The position numbers were made by a program, and so were the translations under genes. A stretch of 64,000 nt of DNA from NCBI GenBank assembly GCA_963813025.1, contig CAWEXO010000008.1, forward strand, positions 196,515 to 260,514. The letters run 5' to 3'. Origin of the DNA: an uncultured Verrucomicrobiae bacterium (GTDB lineage: Bacteria > Verrucomicrobiota > Verrucomicrobiia > Chthoniobacterales > JAFAMB01). Below the pieces are notes generated by a model. That model was not told the origin of the DNA. It did no database searches and saw only the letters and a program-made list of their open reading frames with translations. Positions 49,903 through 60,182 of this stretch are shown one piece after another (the first letter of the stretch is position 1; the number at the start of each line of letters is the position of its first letter).

Positions 49903-50172
49903 ATGCCAGAAATCCCCGTCTACTTTGACGTAACAATTCAACACGCCGGCGTGCGGCCGGAAAGACTGATCGTCGCCAGGAGTACAGCCAGCGGTTCAAT
50001 GGAGCAGACACTCTCGATCGAGGAGGCTGCGCACGTCGCCAGCCAGGTCCTGGGACGAGCAGTCCAATCGGCCGAGGTTGTCCATCTTGCGACCCGGAAA
50101 GCCGACATGCCACTTGAGACTACCGCTGAGATGTTGGGCCCTTTCCTGGTCTGGCACAGTGATGAAGCTTAA
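49903..50172 (+). CDS. Hypothetical protein (~89 aa)
   Basis: MPEIPVYFDVTIQH...FLVWHSDEA. Confidence 0.55.
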   Translation: MPEIPVYFDVTIQHAGVRPERLIVARSTASGSMEQTLSIEEAAHVASQVLGRAVQSAEVVHLATRKADMPLETTAEMLGPFLVWHSDEA

Positions 50173-50371
50173 TTCCCGAAGGAAAGCGTCCCGCTTCGAG
50201 ACATCTCGAGCTCGACATCGGGTCCTTGGCACGAATCCCAATTCTTTTCCCTTTCGGGCAGAGCCGCTGGATAGCGCCTGAATCGGGTAAGCAGCCTTCT
50301 AGCCTCTTCGAATCGTTGCGTTAGCCACTACATTGATGCGAAAAGCGGGTTAGAGTTGGTCGTCTCAATCC

Positions 50372-50725
50372 ATGAGCATTTTGATTTCCGATTTCGCCGG
50401 AGTCTCGGTTCCGGTTTATGCGAACCCGGGAAGCTTCGATCCCGAACGCGGCTTGGAAATGTCGTTCCCCGAGCGTTCGCCTTTCTTCAGTTCTACGAAA
50501 GGAGTGAGCAAGATGGCAATCGTGCGCGATGCGCTGGGTCGGTCGGATCGTGTTGCCTTCGCCGGAGATGGACGGCCCGATCTCAGGCCTGCGCTGCTGG
50601 TGCCGCCGCAGTTGCGTTTTGCCCGGCGGTGGCTGGCCGAGGCTTTAGGCGAACGCGGCGAGCGTTTCCATCCTTTTGAGCGCTGGTCACAGATCGCGGA
50701 CCAGCTTCAGAAAGCCAAATGCTGA
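50372..50725 (+). pseudogene. MtnX-like HAD-IB phosphatase with a large in-frame internal deletion
   Basis: MSILISDF, where DFDGT motif I is expected, is joined directly to the C-terminal half VYANPG...GVSK...FAGDGRPD...RFAR. Confidence 0.7.
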
Positions 50726-51771
50726 TCCCGAGACAAACCGCGATCCCGGCGCTGGTCCGGGTAAAACCGGGAGCTTTAGATCGAATAGGCATCTATGCCG
50801 AACGCCATGAGTTCATGCGGGTCGTTCTGTTTTTCAGCCAGGATCTGGATCACGGACTGATGGCACGTCTGATCGCTGCATTCCGGTCCCGAAACATCCA
50901 AATCCTGCAACGGACCCCGGTGGAAACCATCAATTTCGAAAACGCGACCGAACTGTTTCGTCAATCTCCACGGAACGCCGACGCAATCGTTGGATTCGGC
51001 GGCGGCAAAGCACTGGATGTCGCCAAATACATCTCATTTCTCTGCCGGCTTCCCTATCTCTCCGTTCCTACGTCGCTCTCGAACGATGGTTTTTGCAGCT
51101 CGCAATCCAGTCTCATTTTGGATGAACGCCGCCGCCCGCTCCCATCAGCAATGCCATTCGGCGTGATTCTCGACACGGCCGTGTGCTTGAACGCTCCAGA
51201 AAATCTCTGGCATTCCGGGGTTGGCGATCTCGTTTCGAAATTCACGGCGGTGACTGATTGGAAACTGGCCTTTCACGCAAAGGCAACTCCGGTCGACGAC
51301 TTTGCCGCTTTGCTCTCCGACGCCAGTGTTTATCAATTTCTGGCCCGGCCCAAGCGAGACCTTGAGGGTATGACATTGCTTGGCACTGCGTTATTGTTGA
51401 ACGGCATTTCCATGTCAATCTGCGGTTCGTCACGCCCGGCCAGCGGAAGCGAGCATCTCATTTCGCATGCGCTGGATAGCGTGAGCAAACGGCCCCGCCT
51501 TCATGGCCTTCAGGTCGGCGTAGCCGCTTATTTGATCAGTCTCCTCCAAAATCAGAACTCCAAACGCATCGCGGACCTCTTCGATACTACCGGGTTCTGG
51601 CGCGCCATCGCGAACGATCCTTTTGATCGTGCCGAATGGCTTGAAGCGGCCCGCGTCGCGCCGTCGATCAAATCGGACTTTTATACGGTCTTATCCTCTC
51701 GCGACTGCCTGCCGGAAATCGAGAGCGCTCTGCATTCCGACCCGAACTTGCGACGGTGCTTCCGCCAGTGA
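50719..51771 (+). CDS. Glycerol-1-phosphate dehydrogenase-like (Fe-ADH/AraM-EgsA family)
   Basis: GFGGGKALDVAKY, VPTSLSNDG, SGVGD, SRPASGSEHLISHALD, LHGLQVG. Confidence 0.85.
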   Translation: MLIPRQTAIPALVRVKPGALDRIGIYAERHEFMRVVLFFSQDLDHGLMARLIAAFRSRNIQILQRTPVETINFENATELFRQSPRNADAIVGFGGGKALDVAKYISFLCRLPYLSVPTSLSNDGFCSSQSSLILDERRRPLPSAMPFGVILDTAVCLNAPENLWHSGVGDLVSKFTAVTDWKLAFHAKATPVDDFAALLSDASVYQFLARPKRDLEGMTLLGTALLLNGISMSICGSSRPASGSEHLISHALDSVSKRPRLHGLQVGVAAYLISLLQNQNSKRIADLFDTTGFWRAIANDPFDRAEWLEAARVAPSIKSDFYTVLSSRDCLPEIESALHSDPNLRRCFRQ

Positions 51772-51798
51772 TCTGTTGCGGCCAGTCTGTCGACGGAA

Positions 51799-52581
51799 TC
51801 AACACAGAACCCGATTCAGAATCTTCTCAACCCGTTGTTCGAGTTTGGCGATGTGCGAGCCGCGCCAGTAGGATTGCCCACATTGTGGACACTTTTTGAA
51901 GTCGTCGTAGTAGAGACGCGTAAGCGGTTCGAGCTGGTCGATCACCGTTTCTTTAGACACGATGGCCAACAAGCCGTTGCAACGCAAACATCGCACAAAA
52001 GGAGCAAGCGCTCGAGCGAGGTCGAAGCGTCCGATGGCTTCCACCGTCTGTTCCATTGGGTCCTGGGAGCGCAGGAAGTACCCTGTCTTTACGACCCGGT
52101 GCATCAGTAAAAGCCGGTCCCGCGTCAGGAGCCCCCGATTCTCTCTCGTCATCGTGGCCAGGAGCTCGCTATCGGTTGCGTCACGGCTATAACTCACGTC
52201 AATCCCGAGCAACCGCAGATCTCGCGTGAGCTTTCCGAGATGACCGTCTGCGACGAAAGCGCGCACATCGCGCGCTTGCAGCCGAAAATCTGAAGAGCAG
52301 CTGGCGAGGATCGGATAGACATCGAGGGCTATGTCCGCTTCCAGATGGAAAGAGAAATCTACCGGTTGACCGTTGAGCGTGATTAGATCGACTTCTGGAT
52401 GCGGCACGCCAAAGGACTCAATCACGTCCTTTACCGATGTCTTGTGGCCCAATACACGTCGGGACGGCTGCAACCTGTCCTTGCTTTTAAGGAAAAAACC
52501 GAGATCACCGTGGAAAGAGACAAGAACGGAATATTTTTTCGCGGCGCTGCTATCGGAATTGATCGATCGCTCCATGGGCAT
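51799..52581 (-). CDS. Mut7-C RNase (PIN) with N-terminal ubiquitin-like domain
   Basis: SVKDVIESFGVPHPEVD, FVADGHLGKL..LRLLG.D, LLTRD, RCLRCNG, CPQCGQSYWRGSH. Confidence 0.9.
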   Translation of the reverse strand: MPMERSINSDSSAAKKYSVLVSFHGDLGFFLKSKDRLQPSRRVLGHKTSVKDVIESFGVPHPEVDLITLNGQPVDFSFHLEADIALDVYPILASCSSDFRLQARDVRAFVADGHLGKLTRDLRLLGIDVSYSRDATDSELLATMTRENRGLLTRDRLLLMHRVVKTGYFLRSQDPMEQTVEAIGRFDLARALAPFVRCLRCNGLLAIVSKETVIDQLEPLTRLYYDDFKKCPQCGQSYWRGSHIAKLEQRVEKILNRVLC

Positions 52582-52664
52582 TGGCCAAGATCCTACAACC
52601 TCTCCTTGCGATGTGCAGAAAACTAGCAAGTCGTGGTCAATCGTCGCTTTCTCGATGTTCAGGG

Positions 52665-53225
52665 CTAATCACTTTCGTAGAGAACCGTGACTTCCTTTCC
52701 GCCGATCTCCTCCAGGAATTGAGCGGTTTCCGCTTCGGTAAACTGAGGATCGCCCGATTCGATAACGAGAAAAAACGCGTTATCACTCACCCGACTGAAA
52801 GGCGTGTAATCGAACAGCGGATGATGCAGCCGGGGAAGCCGATTCATAACGAAGACGCCGAAAAAGGCGGTGAACGCGGCAAACAAAATGGTCAGCTCAA
52901 ACATGATCGGGAAAAAGGCTGGAACGGTAAAAAAGTCTACCGGTTTGCCATGTACGATGAGCGGGTAAAGGAAGGAGGTGGGAATATACTCCAGCAAAAC
53001 CGCGGTCAAAAAACCGGTGAAACCGCCCCAGAAGATGATGTAGCCAAGCGGGGACTTCTTTAGACCCATGGCCTGGCTCATTCCATGAATCGGGAATGGC
53101 GAATGCACATCCCAAAAACGGTAGCCCTGGTCCCGGACTCGTTCCGCGGAATGGTAAAGTTCCGCCGCGGACCCAAACTCCGCAATCACGGCAAAGGTCC
53201 TTTTCTGGAGAGCCGCCGCGCTCAT
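52665..53225 (-). CDS. actD: DUF3341 / alternative complex III subunit ActD
   Basis: [13 protein letters not shown]...[22 protein letters not shown]. Confidence 0.88.
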   Translation of the reverse strand: MSAAALQKRTFAVIAEFGSAAELYHSAERVRDQGYRFWDVHSPFPIHGMSQAMGLKKSPLGYIIFWGGFTGFLTAVLLEYIPTSFLYPLIVHGKPVDFFTVPAFFPIMFELTILFAAFTAFFGVFVMNRLPRLHHPLFDYTPFSRVSDNAFFLVIESGDPQFTEAETAQFLEEIGGKEVTVLYESD

Positions 53226-54652
53226 GGATGGACCTCCTGCACTGGAGCGAGTCCCACCGGCGGCCGCAGTCGATAGTGCGGATTAGCCTCTGGAAGCACA
53301 CTTTTCACCTCCGACATGGCCACCATTGGCAAAAACCGAATAAAGATCAGAAACAGCGTCAGAAAAATGCCAAAGGTTCCAACGAAGGTGAAGATATCGA
53401 CCCAAGTTGGAAAGTACATGCCCCAGCTCGAAGGCAAAAAGTCGCGATGCAAAGACATGGCAATGATCGCGAAGCGCTCAAACCACATCCCGGCGGTGAC
53501 GCACAGGCACACAAAATAAACGACCCAGCCATTCCTCCGAAAGGCGCGTACCCAGAAGAGCTGCGGGATAATGACGTTGCAGGTAAACATCGACCAGCCA
53601 ACCCACCAGTACGGTCCAAAATAGCGGTTCAGAAAGATAAATCGCTCAAACGGATTTGCTCCGTAATACGCGACAAAAAATTCCATGCAATAGGAGTAAC
53701 CGACGATCGATCCGGTCAGCAGAATGATCTTACACATCACGTCGATGTGGTTCCACGTGATGACATCGTGCAGTCGATAGAGCGCACGCGCCGGAATCAT
53801 CAGGGCCAGGACCATGGCGAACCCGCCGAAGATCGCACCGGCCACAAAATAGGGCGGGAAGATCGTCGTGTGCCAACCGGGAATCAAGGAGGTCGCAAAA
53901 TCGAACGACACGGTCGAGTGCACGGACAAGACCAACGGCGTCGATATTCCGGCGAGCACCAGATAGGACATCTCATAGTGGCGCCATTGACGCTGTCCAC
54001 CGCGCCACCCCAACGCGAGCAAACCGTAAGAGAACTTCGCGACTCGGCTCCGTGCCCGATCGCGCAGGGTTGCGAGATCCGGCACTAAACCGAGATACCA
54101 GAACAAAACCGAAACGGTGAAATAGGTCGAAACGGCAAAGACATCCCAGAGCAGCGGGCTGCGAAAATTGGGCCAGATCCAGTTCGGGACTGGGACCGGT
54201 GCCAGGAACCAGACCATCCAGATCCGTCCCACGTGGATTCCCGGGTAAATAGCGGCGCAGATCACGGCAAATAAAGTCATCGCCTCGGATGAACGATTGA
54301 TGGCGGTTCGCCATTTTTGCCGGCAGAGGAAAAGAATAGCGGAGATCAGCGTGCCGGCGTGACCGATACCGATCCAGAAAACGAAGTTCGTGATGCCCCA
54401 GGCCCAGCCGACCGGAATATTGTTTCCCCAGACTCCCACTCCCGTCCAAAGCAGGTAGACAATACAGAAGATGCCAAATGCCGCTAACGAACCGGTGATG
54501 GCAATCGCGCACCACCACCACCGCGGCGCCCGGTTCTCCGGAATCCCGGAGAGGAGAGTCGTGATCCCATGCATGGATCGATTGCCCTCGACCAGCGGTG
54601 GTCTTGGCATCCGCTCCATGGCCGGCGTCGTCGTGGCTTGGGGTTCAGCCAT
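53222..54652 (-). CDS. actC: NrfD/PsrC-family alternative complex III subunit ActC
   Basis: [62 protein letters not shown]. Confidence 0.92.
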   Translation of the reverse strand: MAEPQATTTPAMERMPRPPLVEGNRSMHGITTLLSGIPENRAPRWWWCAIAITGSLAAFGIFCIVYLLWTGVGVWGNNIPVGWAWGITNFVFWIGIGHAGTLISAILFLCRQKWRTAINRSSEAMTLFAVICAAIYPGIHVGRIWMVWFLAPVPVPNWIWPNFRSPLLWDVFAVSTYFTVSVLFWYLGLVPDLATLRDRARSRVAKFSYGLLALGWRGGQRQWRHYEMSYLVLAGISTPLVLSVHSTVSFDFATSLIPGWHTTIFPPYFVAGAIFGGFAMVLALMIPARALYRLHDVITWNHIDVMCKIILLTGSIVGYSYCMEFFVAYYGANPFERFIFLNRYFGPYWWVGWSMFTCNVIIPQLFWVRAFRRNGWVVYFVCLCVTAGMWFERFAIIAMSLHRDFLPSSWGMYFPTWVDIFTFVGTFGIFLTLFLIFIRFLPMVAMSEVKSVLPEANPHYRLRPPVGLAPVQEVHP

Positions 54653-54815
54653 TGGTCACCTCTTCCGCAGGGCACCGCAACTACTGCGTAACTCATATCG
54701 CTGTACGACATATTTTGCAAACGCCAGATTTTATCGTCCTACGACATTCTGAAGACCGCCCGGTTTAGCAACCCGGACGACCGTCCGCATGGAGCGTGAC
54801 GCACTGTCCTATGTC

Positions 54816-54938
54816 GGTAGGGCGAAAATTCATTCGAGCTTTAGCGAGAACTTGTTTGAGCCGGACAGGGGAGTGGGCAACGCTCCGGACGGCTCAAACA
54901 AGTTCTCGCCTGGCGCTCGAATGAATTTTCGCCCTACC
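54816..54938. repeat. GTAG-type REP/MITE-like palindrome, family A (intact copy)
   Basis: Perfect 24-bp outer IR GGTAGGGCGAAAATTCATTCGAGC and perfect 20-bp inner IR GCGAGAACTTGTTTGAGCCG. Confidence 0.85.
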
Positions 54939-55131
54939 AAATACGGCGCCGTACGTCTTAGGTAACGCGAGGGCCCGTCCGCATCAGGAAATCCGTCGGC
55001 AGGTGGTGGCAAAGTCCGACACGCCCGACCTCGTCCGGGTCGGACCTTGGTTTGTTGTCCCGGAAGGACATGAGGCGTAATTCGAAGTCGCTCGACGTGC
55101 TGCTCGCACGTCGTTAAATTCGTCTCTCACA

Positions 55132-56328
55132 ATGAACCGGTTTCTCCTGGCCTTGCTGACCGTGCTTCTCGGCGCGACCCGCCTGTTCGCCTGGACCAGC
55201 GGCGAGCTTTTGCTCTGGATGGACAGTGATCGAGGCCGGGCTCTGGAACCGATCGCCCGAAAATTTGAAAGCGATCTCGGGATCAAAGTCACGATTGGCA
55301 CACCGCAAAATATCACCACGAGCTTCCCGCTTGCCGCTCAAGCCGGAAAAGGTCCTGACATCGTGATATGGGCTCACGACAAGACTGGAGAATGGGCGGA
55401 TAGCGGGCTGATCGCGCCGGTCGACGTCTCTAACGAGTTTGCCAGCAAATTAATACCGAAAGCCTGGGACGCCGTTCGTCGCCGGAATCTCTTTTGGGGA
55501 TATCCCGTCGCTCTGGAGACCGTCACTTTAATTTATAACAAGAAGCTGCTGGCCGGTCCTCCGCCGCGCACGCTGTCCGACGTGATACCGATTGACCAAG
55601 AGATCAAACGAAATCGTCCAGGGGTAATGACGATTCTCTGGGATTACACTAGTCCCTATTACTCGTGGGGCATTTTGGCGAGCGACGGCGGTTACGTCTT
55701 TGCGCGCAACGGCCAAGGCGCAGACTACGACGTGACCAGGGTAGGCGTCGCGAATCCCGGTGCTGTCGCGGGGCTGTCAAAAATCATTGAGTTAATTCGT
55801 GAGGGGATCCTACCGGCGAGCGTCTCGTACAGTCAGACAGAAGAACTCATGGGCCAAGGCAAGCTGGCCATGACGATCTCGGGTCCCTGGGCCTGGTCAA
55901 ACCTGGTTCGGAGCGGAATCGATTTCGGGCTGGCGCCGATGCCGGGAGTCAATGGCAGACTCGGGCGTCCGTTCGTTGGGGTAACGGTGGCCTACGTGAA
56001 TCGATCGACTCCGAATAGGGATTTAGCCAAGCATTTCCTGGAGTATTATCTCCTGACGGACGCGGCGCTCGCCGACATGGATGCCGTAAAGCCGATTGGT
56101 GTTCCAGCGCTGATCTCGTTCTACCAGAAGCTGCAGCAAAGAAACTCTCTAGTGCGTGCATTGAAGGTCGCGGTGGATCACGGAGAGGTGATGCCAAACA
56201 TCCCACAGATGGGCCGGTTCTTCACCTTCGTAGGACCGGCCCTGCAGATTGCCACACAAGGTCGCGCGTCTCCCCAGAAAGCGTTGCGCGAAGCGGCTGC
56301 TGGCATGCGATCCGGGGCGCGGAATTAA
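55132..56328 (+). CDS. malE: Maltose/maltodextrin-binding protein MalE
   Basis: GPDIVIWAHD..GEWADSGL, YPVALE..LIYNK, ISGPWAWSN, PFVGV, GEVMPNIPQM. Confidence 0.9.
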   Translation: MNRFLLALLTVLLGATRLFAWTSGELLLWMDSDRGRALEPIARKFESDLGIKVTIGTPQNITTSFPLAAQAGKGPDIVIWAHDKTGEWADSGLIAPVDVSNEFASKLIPKAWDAVRRRNLFWGYPVALETVTLIYNKKLLAGPPPRTLSDVIPIDQEIKRNRPGVMTILWDYTSPYYSWGILASDGGYVFARNGQGADYDVTRVGVANPGAVAGLSKIIELIREGILPASVSYSQTEELMGQGKLAMTISGPWAWSNLVRSGIDFGLAPMPGVNGRLGRPFVGVTVAYVNRSTPNRDLAKHFLEYYLLTDAALADMDAVKPIGVPALISFYQKLQQRNSLVRALKVAVDHGEVMPNIPQMGRFFTFVGPALQIATQGRASPQKALREAAAGMRSGARN

Positions 56329-56438
56329 TCGGCATTACCGCCGTGGGCATGTAACACCGAGCCCGCGGTGCAGTTCTATATTTGATTGGGGAAACAATTG
56401 ACCTTCGAAAAAATACCGTGAAGAATATTGATCTTTCT

Positions 56439-57533
56439 ATGAAAAAACTACGTCGTTCCTCCCCATCGGCTCCAGACGTTACGGGAGTCTCCCGGCGCGA
56501 AGCCCTTCGTCGTGCCGCTCGTGCCGGTGCCCTAGTTTCGCTCTCGCCCTTGGCCGGGTTTGCCGTTTCGAGTGCCGAAGCAGCTGACGAAGCTCTCGGC
56601 AAGTTCCCCAAGCATCCGAAGTGGAAGTTCGTCTTCGTTAATCACGTCACCACCAACCCATTCTTCGTTCCTACCAGGTACGGGGCGGAAGACGCTTGCG
56701 CGCTTTTGGGTTGTACTTACCAGTGGACCGGATCGGAGAAATCGATTGCAACCGATATGGTCAACGCACTGAACACCGCGGTGTCCGCAAAGGCCGACGG
56801 GATTGCGGTGTGCCTGGTTGATCTAAACGCGTTCAACGAACCGGTCGAAAAGGCCTTGGCGGCCGGTGTGCCGGTCGTCTCCTATAATGCAGATGCTAAA
56901 GGGAACAAACGCCTTTGCTATATCGGCCAGGATCTTTTCCTTTCCGGGAAAGCCCTCGGCGAGCGAATTGTTGCCCAGGTTGGCGAAGGCGACGTCGTCG
57001 GTTTTATCGCTACGCCGGGCCAGCTAAATATCCAGCCGCGTTTGGATGGCGCCAAAGAAGCAATCAAAGAATCAGGCAAGAAGATCAACCTGAGCGAGAT
57101 CGCCACCGGGCCAACGGTCAATGAAGAACAGTCGGCAATTCAGGCCTTTTTTTCCGGGCATCCGGACATCAAGGGGATGTTTGCCGTGGACGCCGGAAGC
57201 ACACAAGGTGTAGCCAAGACGATGGCCGCGAATAAGCTGCGGGAGAAGGGCGTGCACGCAGGGGGGTTCGATCTTCTCCCCGTGACGCTGGAAGCGATCT
57301 CGCAAGGCAACCTTGATTTCACGATCGATCAGCAACCCTATCTGCAGGGCTTCTATACCGTGATGGTACTCTTTCTGTACAAGCTCTCTGGTGGGTTGGC
57401 CGGCCCGGCAGACATCAACACAGGTTTGAAGTTTGTTACGAAGGAGAGCGTTGGTCCCTACCTGACTACCCAGAGCCGCTTCCAGGGCAGCTCGGCGGAC
57501 GAAAAGGCGTTGCAGCGGTCCGGCCCAATTTAA
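56439..57533 (+). CDS. Tat-exported sugar ABC substrate-binding protein
   Basis: SRREALR Tat motif; FVNHVTTNPFF, SYNAD, YIGQD, TIDQQPYLQG. Confidence 0.88.
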   Translation: MKKLRRSSPSAPDVTGVSRREALRRAARAGALVSLSPLAGFAVSSAEAADEALGKFPKHPKWKFVFVNHVTTNPFFVPTRYGAEDACALLGCTYQWTGSEKSIATDMVNALNTAVSAKADGIAVCLVDLNAFNEPVEKALAAGVPVVSYNADAKGNKRLCYIGQDLFLSGKALGERIVAQVGEGDVVGFIATPGQLNIQPRLDGAKEAIKESGKKINLSEIATGPTVNEEQSAIQAFFSGHPDIKGMFAVDAGSTQGVAKTMAANKLREKGVHAGGFDLLPVTLEAISQGNLDFTIDQQPYLQGFYTVMVLFLYKLSGGLAGPADINTGLKFVTKESVGPYLTTQSRFQGSSADEKALQRSGPI

Positions 57534-57680
57534 CCAAGCGGAGGGATGTAGCTGCAGAGGGAATAATATTCTCGTCCTTGGGTTTGCGTTAAGAGGGCCG
57601 TCTGAAATCAGCCGGCCCTCCTACTTCGTTGAGGCTGTGGCGCACTCCAAAACCTCTCGCAGCGTCGCCTTTGCTTTGTT

Positions 57681-57785
57681 CCGGTAGGGCGAAAACTTGT
57701 TTGAGCCGTCTTCGTCGCGACAACCTCCCAAGGTCCGGCTCAAACGAGTTCTCGCTAGAGCTCGAATAAATTCTCGCCCTACCGG
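57681..57785. repeat. GTAG-type REP/MITE-like palindrome, family A (left-arm deletion)
   Basis: CCGGTAGGGCGAAAACTTGTTTGAGCCG...CGGCTCAAACGAGTTCTCGCTAGAGCTCGAATAAATTCTCGCCCTACCGG. Confidence 0.8.
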
Positions 57786-57905
57786 AAACAGCCCCAAAGA
57801 CGCGCTGAAGGACATCTTCAAAATGTCATCTACCTATCGTTTCGCGTCGAAGCGCCACAGGTTTCCAAACTCCGACAGGAACGGAAATGGACGTTGGAAT
57901 GAGGT

Positions 57906-58673
57906 CTACCGAAGTCTCTTCAGCACCTCTTTCCCTTCACGCTTCGTCTCGGGATCGTCCTTCTCCGTATCCTGCATGGCGAGCCCCTTGTTAATGAGAG
58001 ACCGCGCCTTATCGACTTCCCCCATCCGCGCGTAGACTCGTCCCAACTCAATATAGTGCATCAGACGGTTCGGATTCAGTTCGATCGCCTTCTCGAAACA
58101 GGTAGCCGCCTCCTCGTAAGTGCAATCCGGCAGCTTGCCATAAGTGACTTGCGCCATCATTCGGTGGACCGGGTCGACTTCGGCAACGCCCCTGTACCAT
58201 CGACCCAGCACGTGCCAGCCCAAATCATTGCGCGGGTCGAGCTGGACCACTTTGTCAGCTGCGTCCTTGATGATATGCACCGCTTCGAATCTTTGGCGGC
58301 TCGCCTCAAAGGGCTGCACTTTTCCATAGCTAATTGCTACGGCAAGCTGGGCCTCTGGATCTTTCGGCGCGAGAACGACGGCACGCTTCGCATAATCCAC
58401 TGCGATACCCCCGAGTTTAAGCTTCTCCGCCGGATTAGTGGCATCGCTCATCAAATGCCGGTATTCACGCGAGATATGCACCAGCAGGCGCACGTTGTTC
58501 GGCTCAAGCTTCTCCGCTGGGAGATAAAATTTTAGCGCCTGGGCCGCCTGCAATTTCGCATAATAGAAGTCTCCGTTCTGGATCAACTCATCTGCCGACT
58601 GCGCCCGTAGCGTCGCACTTGTCAAAAGCAGTGCCGCAAGCAAGGGAAACGCTCGGGAGGAAACGGAATTCAT
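57906..58673 (-). CDS. Secreted TPR protein
   Basis: Signal peptide ending LRA-Q; TPR helices (WHVLGRWY, FEKAIELNP, HYIELGRVY). Confidence 0.82.
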   Translation of the reverse strand: MNSVSSRAFPLLAALLLTSATLRAQSADELIQNGDFYYAKLQAAQALKFYLPAEKLEPNNVRLLVHISREYRHLMSDATNPAEKLKLGGIAVDYAKRAVVLAPKDPEAQLAVAISYGKVQPFEASRQRFEAVHIIKDAADKVVQLDPRNDLGWHVLGRWYRGVAEVDPVHRMMAQVTYGKLPDCTYEEAATCFEKAIELNPNRLMHYIELGRVYARMGEVDKARSLINKGLAMQDTEKDDPETKREGKEVLKRLR

Positions 58674-58809
58674 GGCTGTACAAACCGAAGGCACAAAGCA
58701 TAGCGCTGTGACCGCTCGTGGCTCCCATATTAGCGCGGAGTTTCCGATCGGCAACTCGAAATCGGCAGGTCTATTCCGTCCATTTCGCACCGATCGTGCG
58801 GACGTAGGC

Positions 58810-60117
58810 CTATCGATGCAGATCGCGAACACCTGCCTCAACCAGGCGACCGGCATTTAAAAGCTTCGATTCGCTGAATCGCGGACCAATAAGCTGAAGG
58901 CTGGTGAGCGGCACGGCCTTATCATTGATTGGAATCGGCATCGCCAGCGCGGGATTTCCCGCGAAATTCACTGGGACGGTGTTTTGCAGAGCCAACATCG
59001 CTGCTTCAAAAAGGGCGGTACCCCCCAAGGGTGGAATCGTTGGCGGCAGCGTCTGAAGGGTAGGTAAAGCGATAAAATCAACCTTTTTAAAGATTTGCCG
59101 AAGATCACGCTGCCACTGCGCTCGTCTCCTTAAAGCGTTCCGGTAATTTGTCGTATATTCGAATTGCCCCAAGGCGATGATTGCCTGGGTCTTGGCACTT
59201 ACTCCCGGTTTACCGAAATATTTACGATCACTGAGCCAAGCACCAGCCGCCGCCAAAGTATCCCCATCCGCCTTGGCCTGAGCCCACCTCGCGTTAAAGC
59301 GTTTGTTCAATACAGTGAACCGAAAGTGTGTGCGGAAAAGAGCGTTATCAACCGCCTGGTCGACTTTCGGGTCGGTACCGGTCAGGTAAAGCCGGGCAAT
59401 TCTGATCTGATTTCCCGAACCTTTGGCGGCGACGGCTTCTCTGTATCGCTCGGCAAATCCATTCTGCAAAAGATCCATTCCTTGCACCACATGATCGATG
59501 TCCCTGCCCATCGGACCGACAGTGTCGAGATGCCTGGGTTCGATCGGGAACACGCCTTTGAGGGAGACAAGTCCAAAGGTGGTTTTCAAACCGACGACGC
59601 CGCAGCAAGCGGCGGGAACGCGGACGGAGCCTGCCGTATCGGTTCCAAAGGCGACGTTCGCCAAGCCGCTTTGGACGGCCACCGCGGAACCGCTGGATGA
59701 GCCTCCGGGGATAAGCTTGCGCCTCCTGCTCATACGATTCCTTGGCGTGCGGAAGTATTCGTTTATTCCGGAAGGGGCAACCGCAAATTCGCTGAGGTTG
59801 GTTTTCCCCACGATTTGCACATTTCGCTCTCGCGAAATTGCCATGCAGGCCGCATCCCTTAAGGCTGGGGGGTTGTTCTTGGAGACATATTCCGAACCGG
59901 CGGTAGTGACGACACCTTTCATGTCGATCAGATCCTTCACCGCCAGGCGCAGCTGTTTACCTTCCTTAGGACGCGGCCAGTAAGCAATAAACGCATGATT
60001 TCGGGGGCCGTGCGCCGGATGGCTCAACGGAATCGCGCAGCCGCCTAGAAAGACGAACAGCAAAAGCGAGGGCGCCAAAACAAGGTTGAGACACGATCTT
60101 GATGCCATTTTCTTCAT
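58810..60117 (-). CDS. Amidase signature-family enzyme (possible lipoprotein)
   Basis: AVKDLID, GKTNLSEFA, GGSSSGSA, GTDTAGSVRVPA; N-terminal hydrophobic stretch ending LGGC. Confidence 0.9.
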   Translation of the reverse strand: MKKMASRSCLNLVLAPSLLLFVFLGGCAIPLSHPAHGPRNHAFIAYWPRPKEGKQLRLAVKDLIDMKGVVTTAGSEYVSKNNPPALRDAACMAISRERNVQIVGKTNLSEFAVAPSGINEYFRTPRNRMSRRRKLIPGGSSSGSAVAVQSGLANVAFGTDTAGSVRVPAACCGVVGLKTTFGLVSLKGVFPIEPRHLDTVGPMGRDIDHVVQGMDLLQNGFAERYREAVAAKGSGNQIRIARLYLTGTDPKVDQAVDNALFRTHFRFTVLNKRFNARWAQAKADGDTLAAAGAWLSDRKYFGKPGVSAKTQAIIALGQFEYTTNYRNALRRRAQWQRDLRQIFKKVDFIALPTLQTLPPTIPPLGGTALFEAAMLALQNTVPVNFAGNPALAMPIPINDKAVPLTSLQLIGPRFSESKLLNAGRLVEAGVRDLHR

Positions 60118-60182
60118 TAAATCTTGTCGGCGTGAGACGCGACCTCGCTCGATCGTGTCCAAACCTTATTTTGGCGCCCTCG

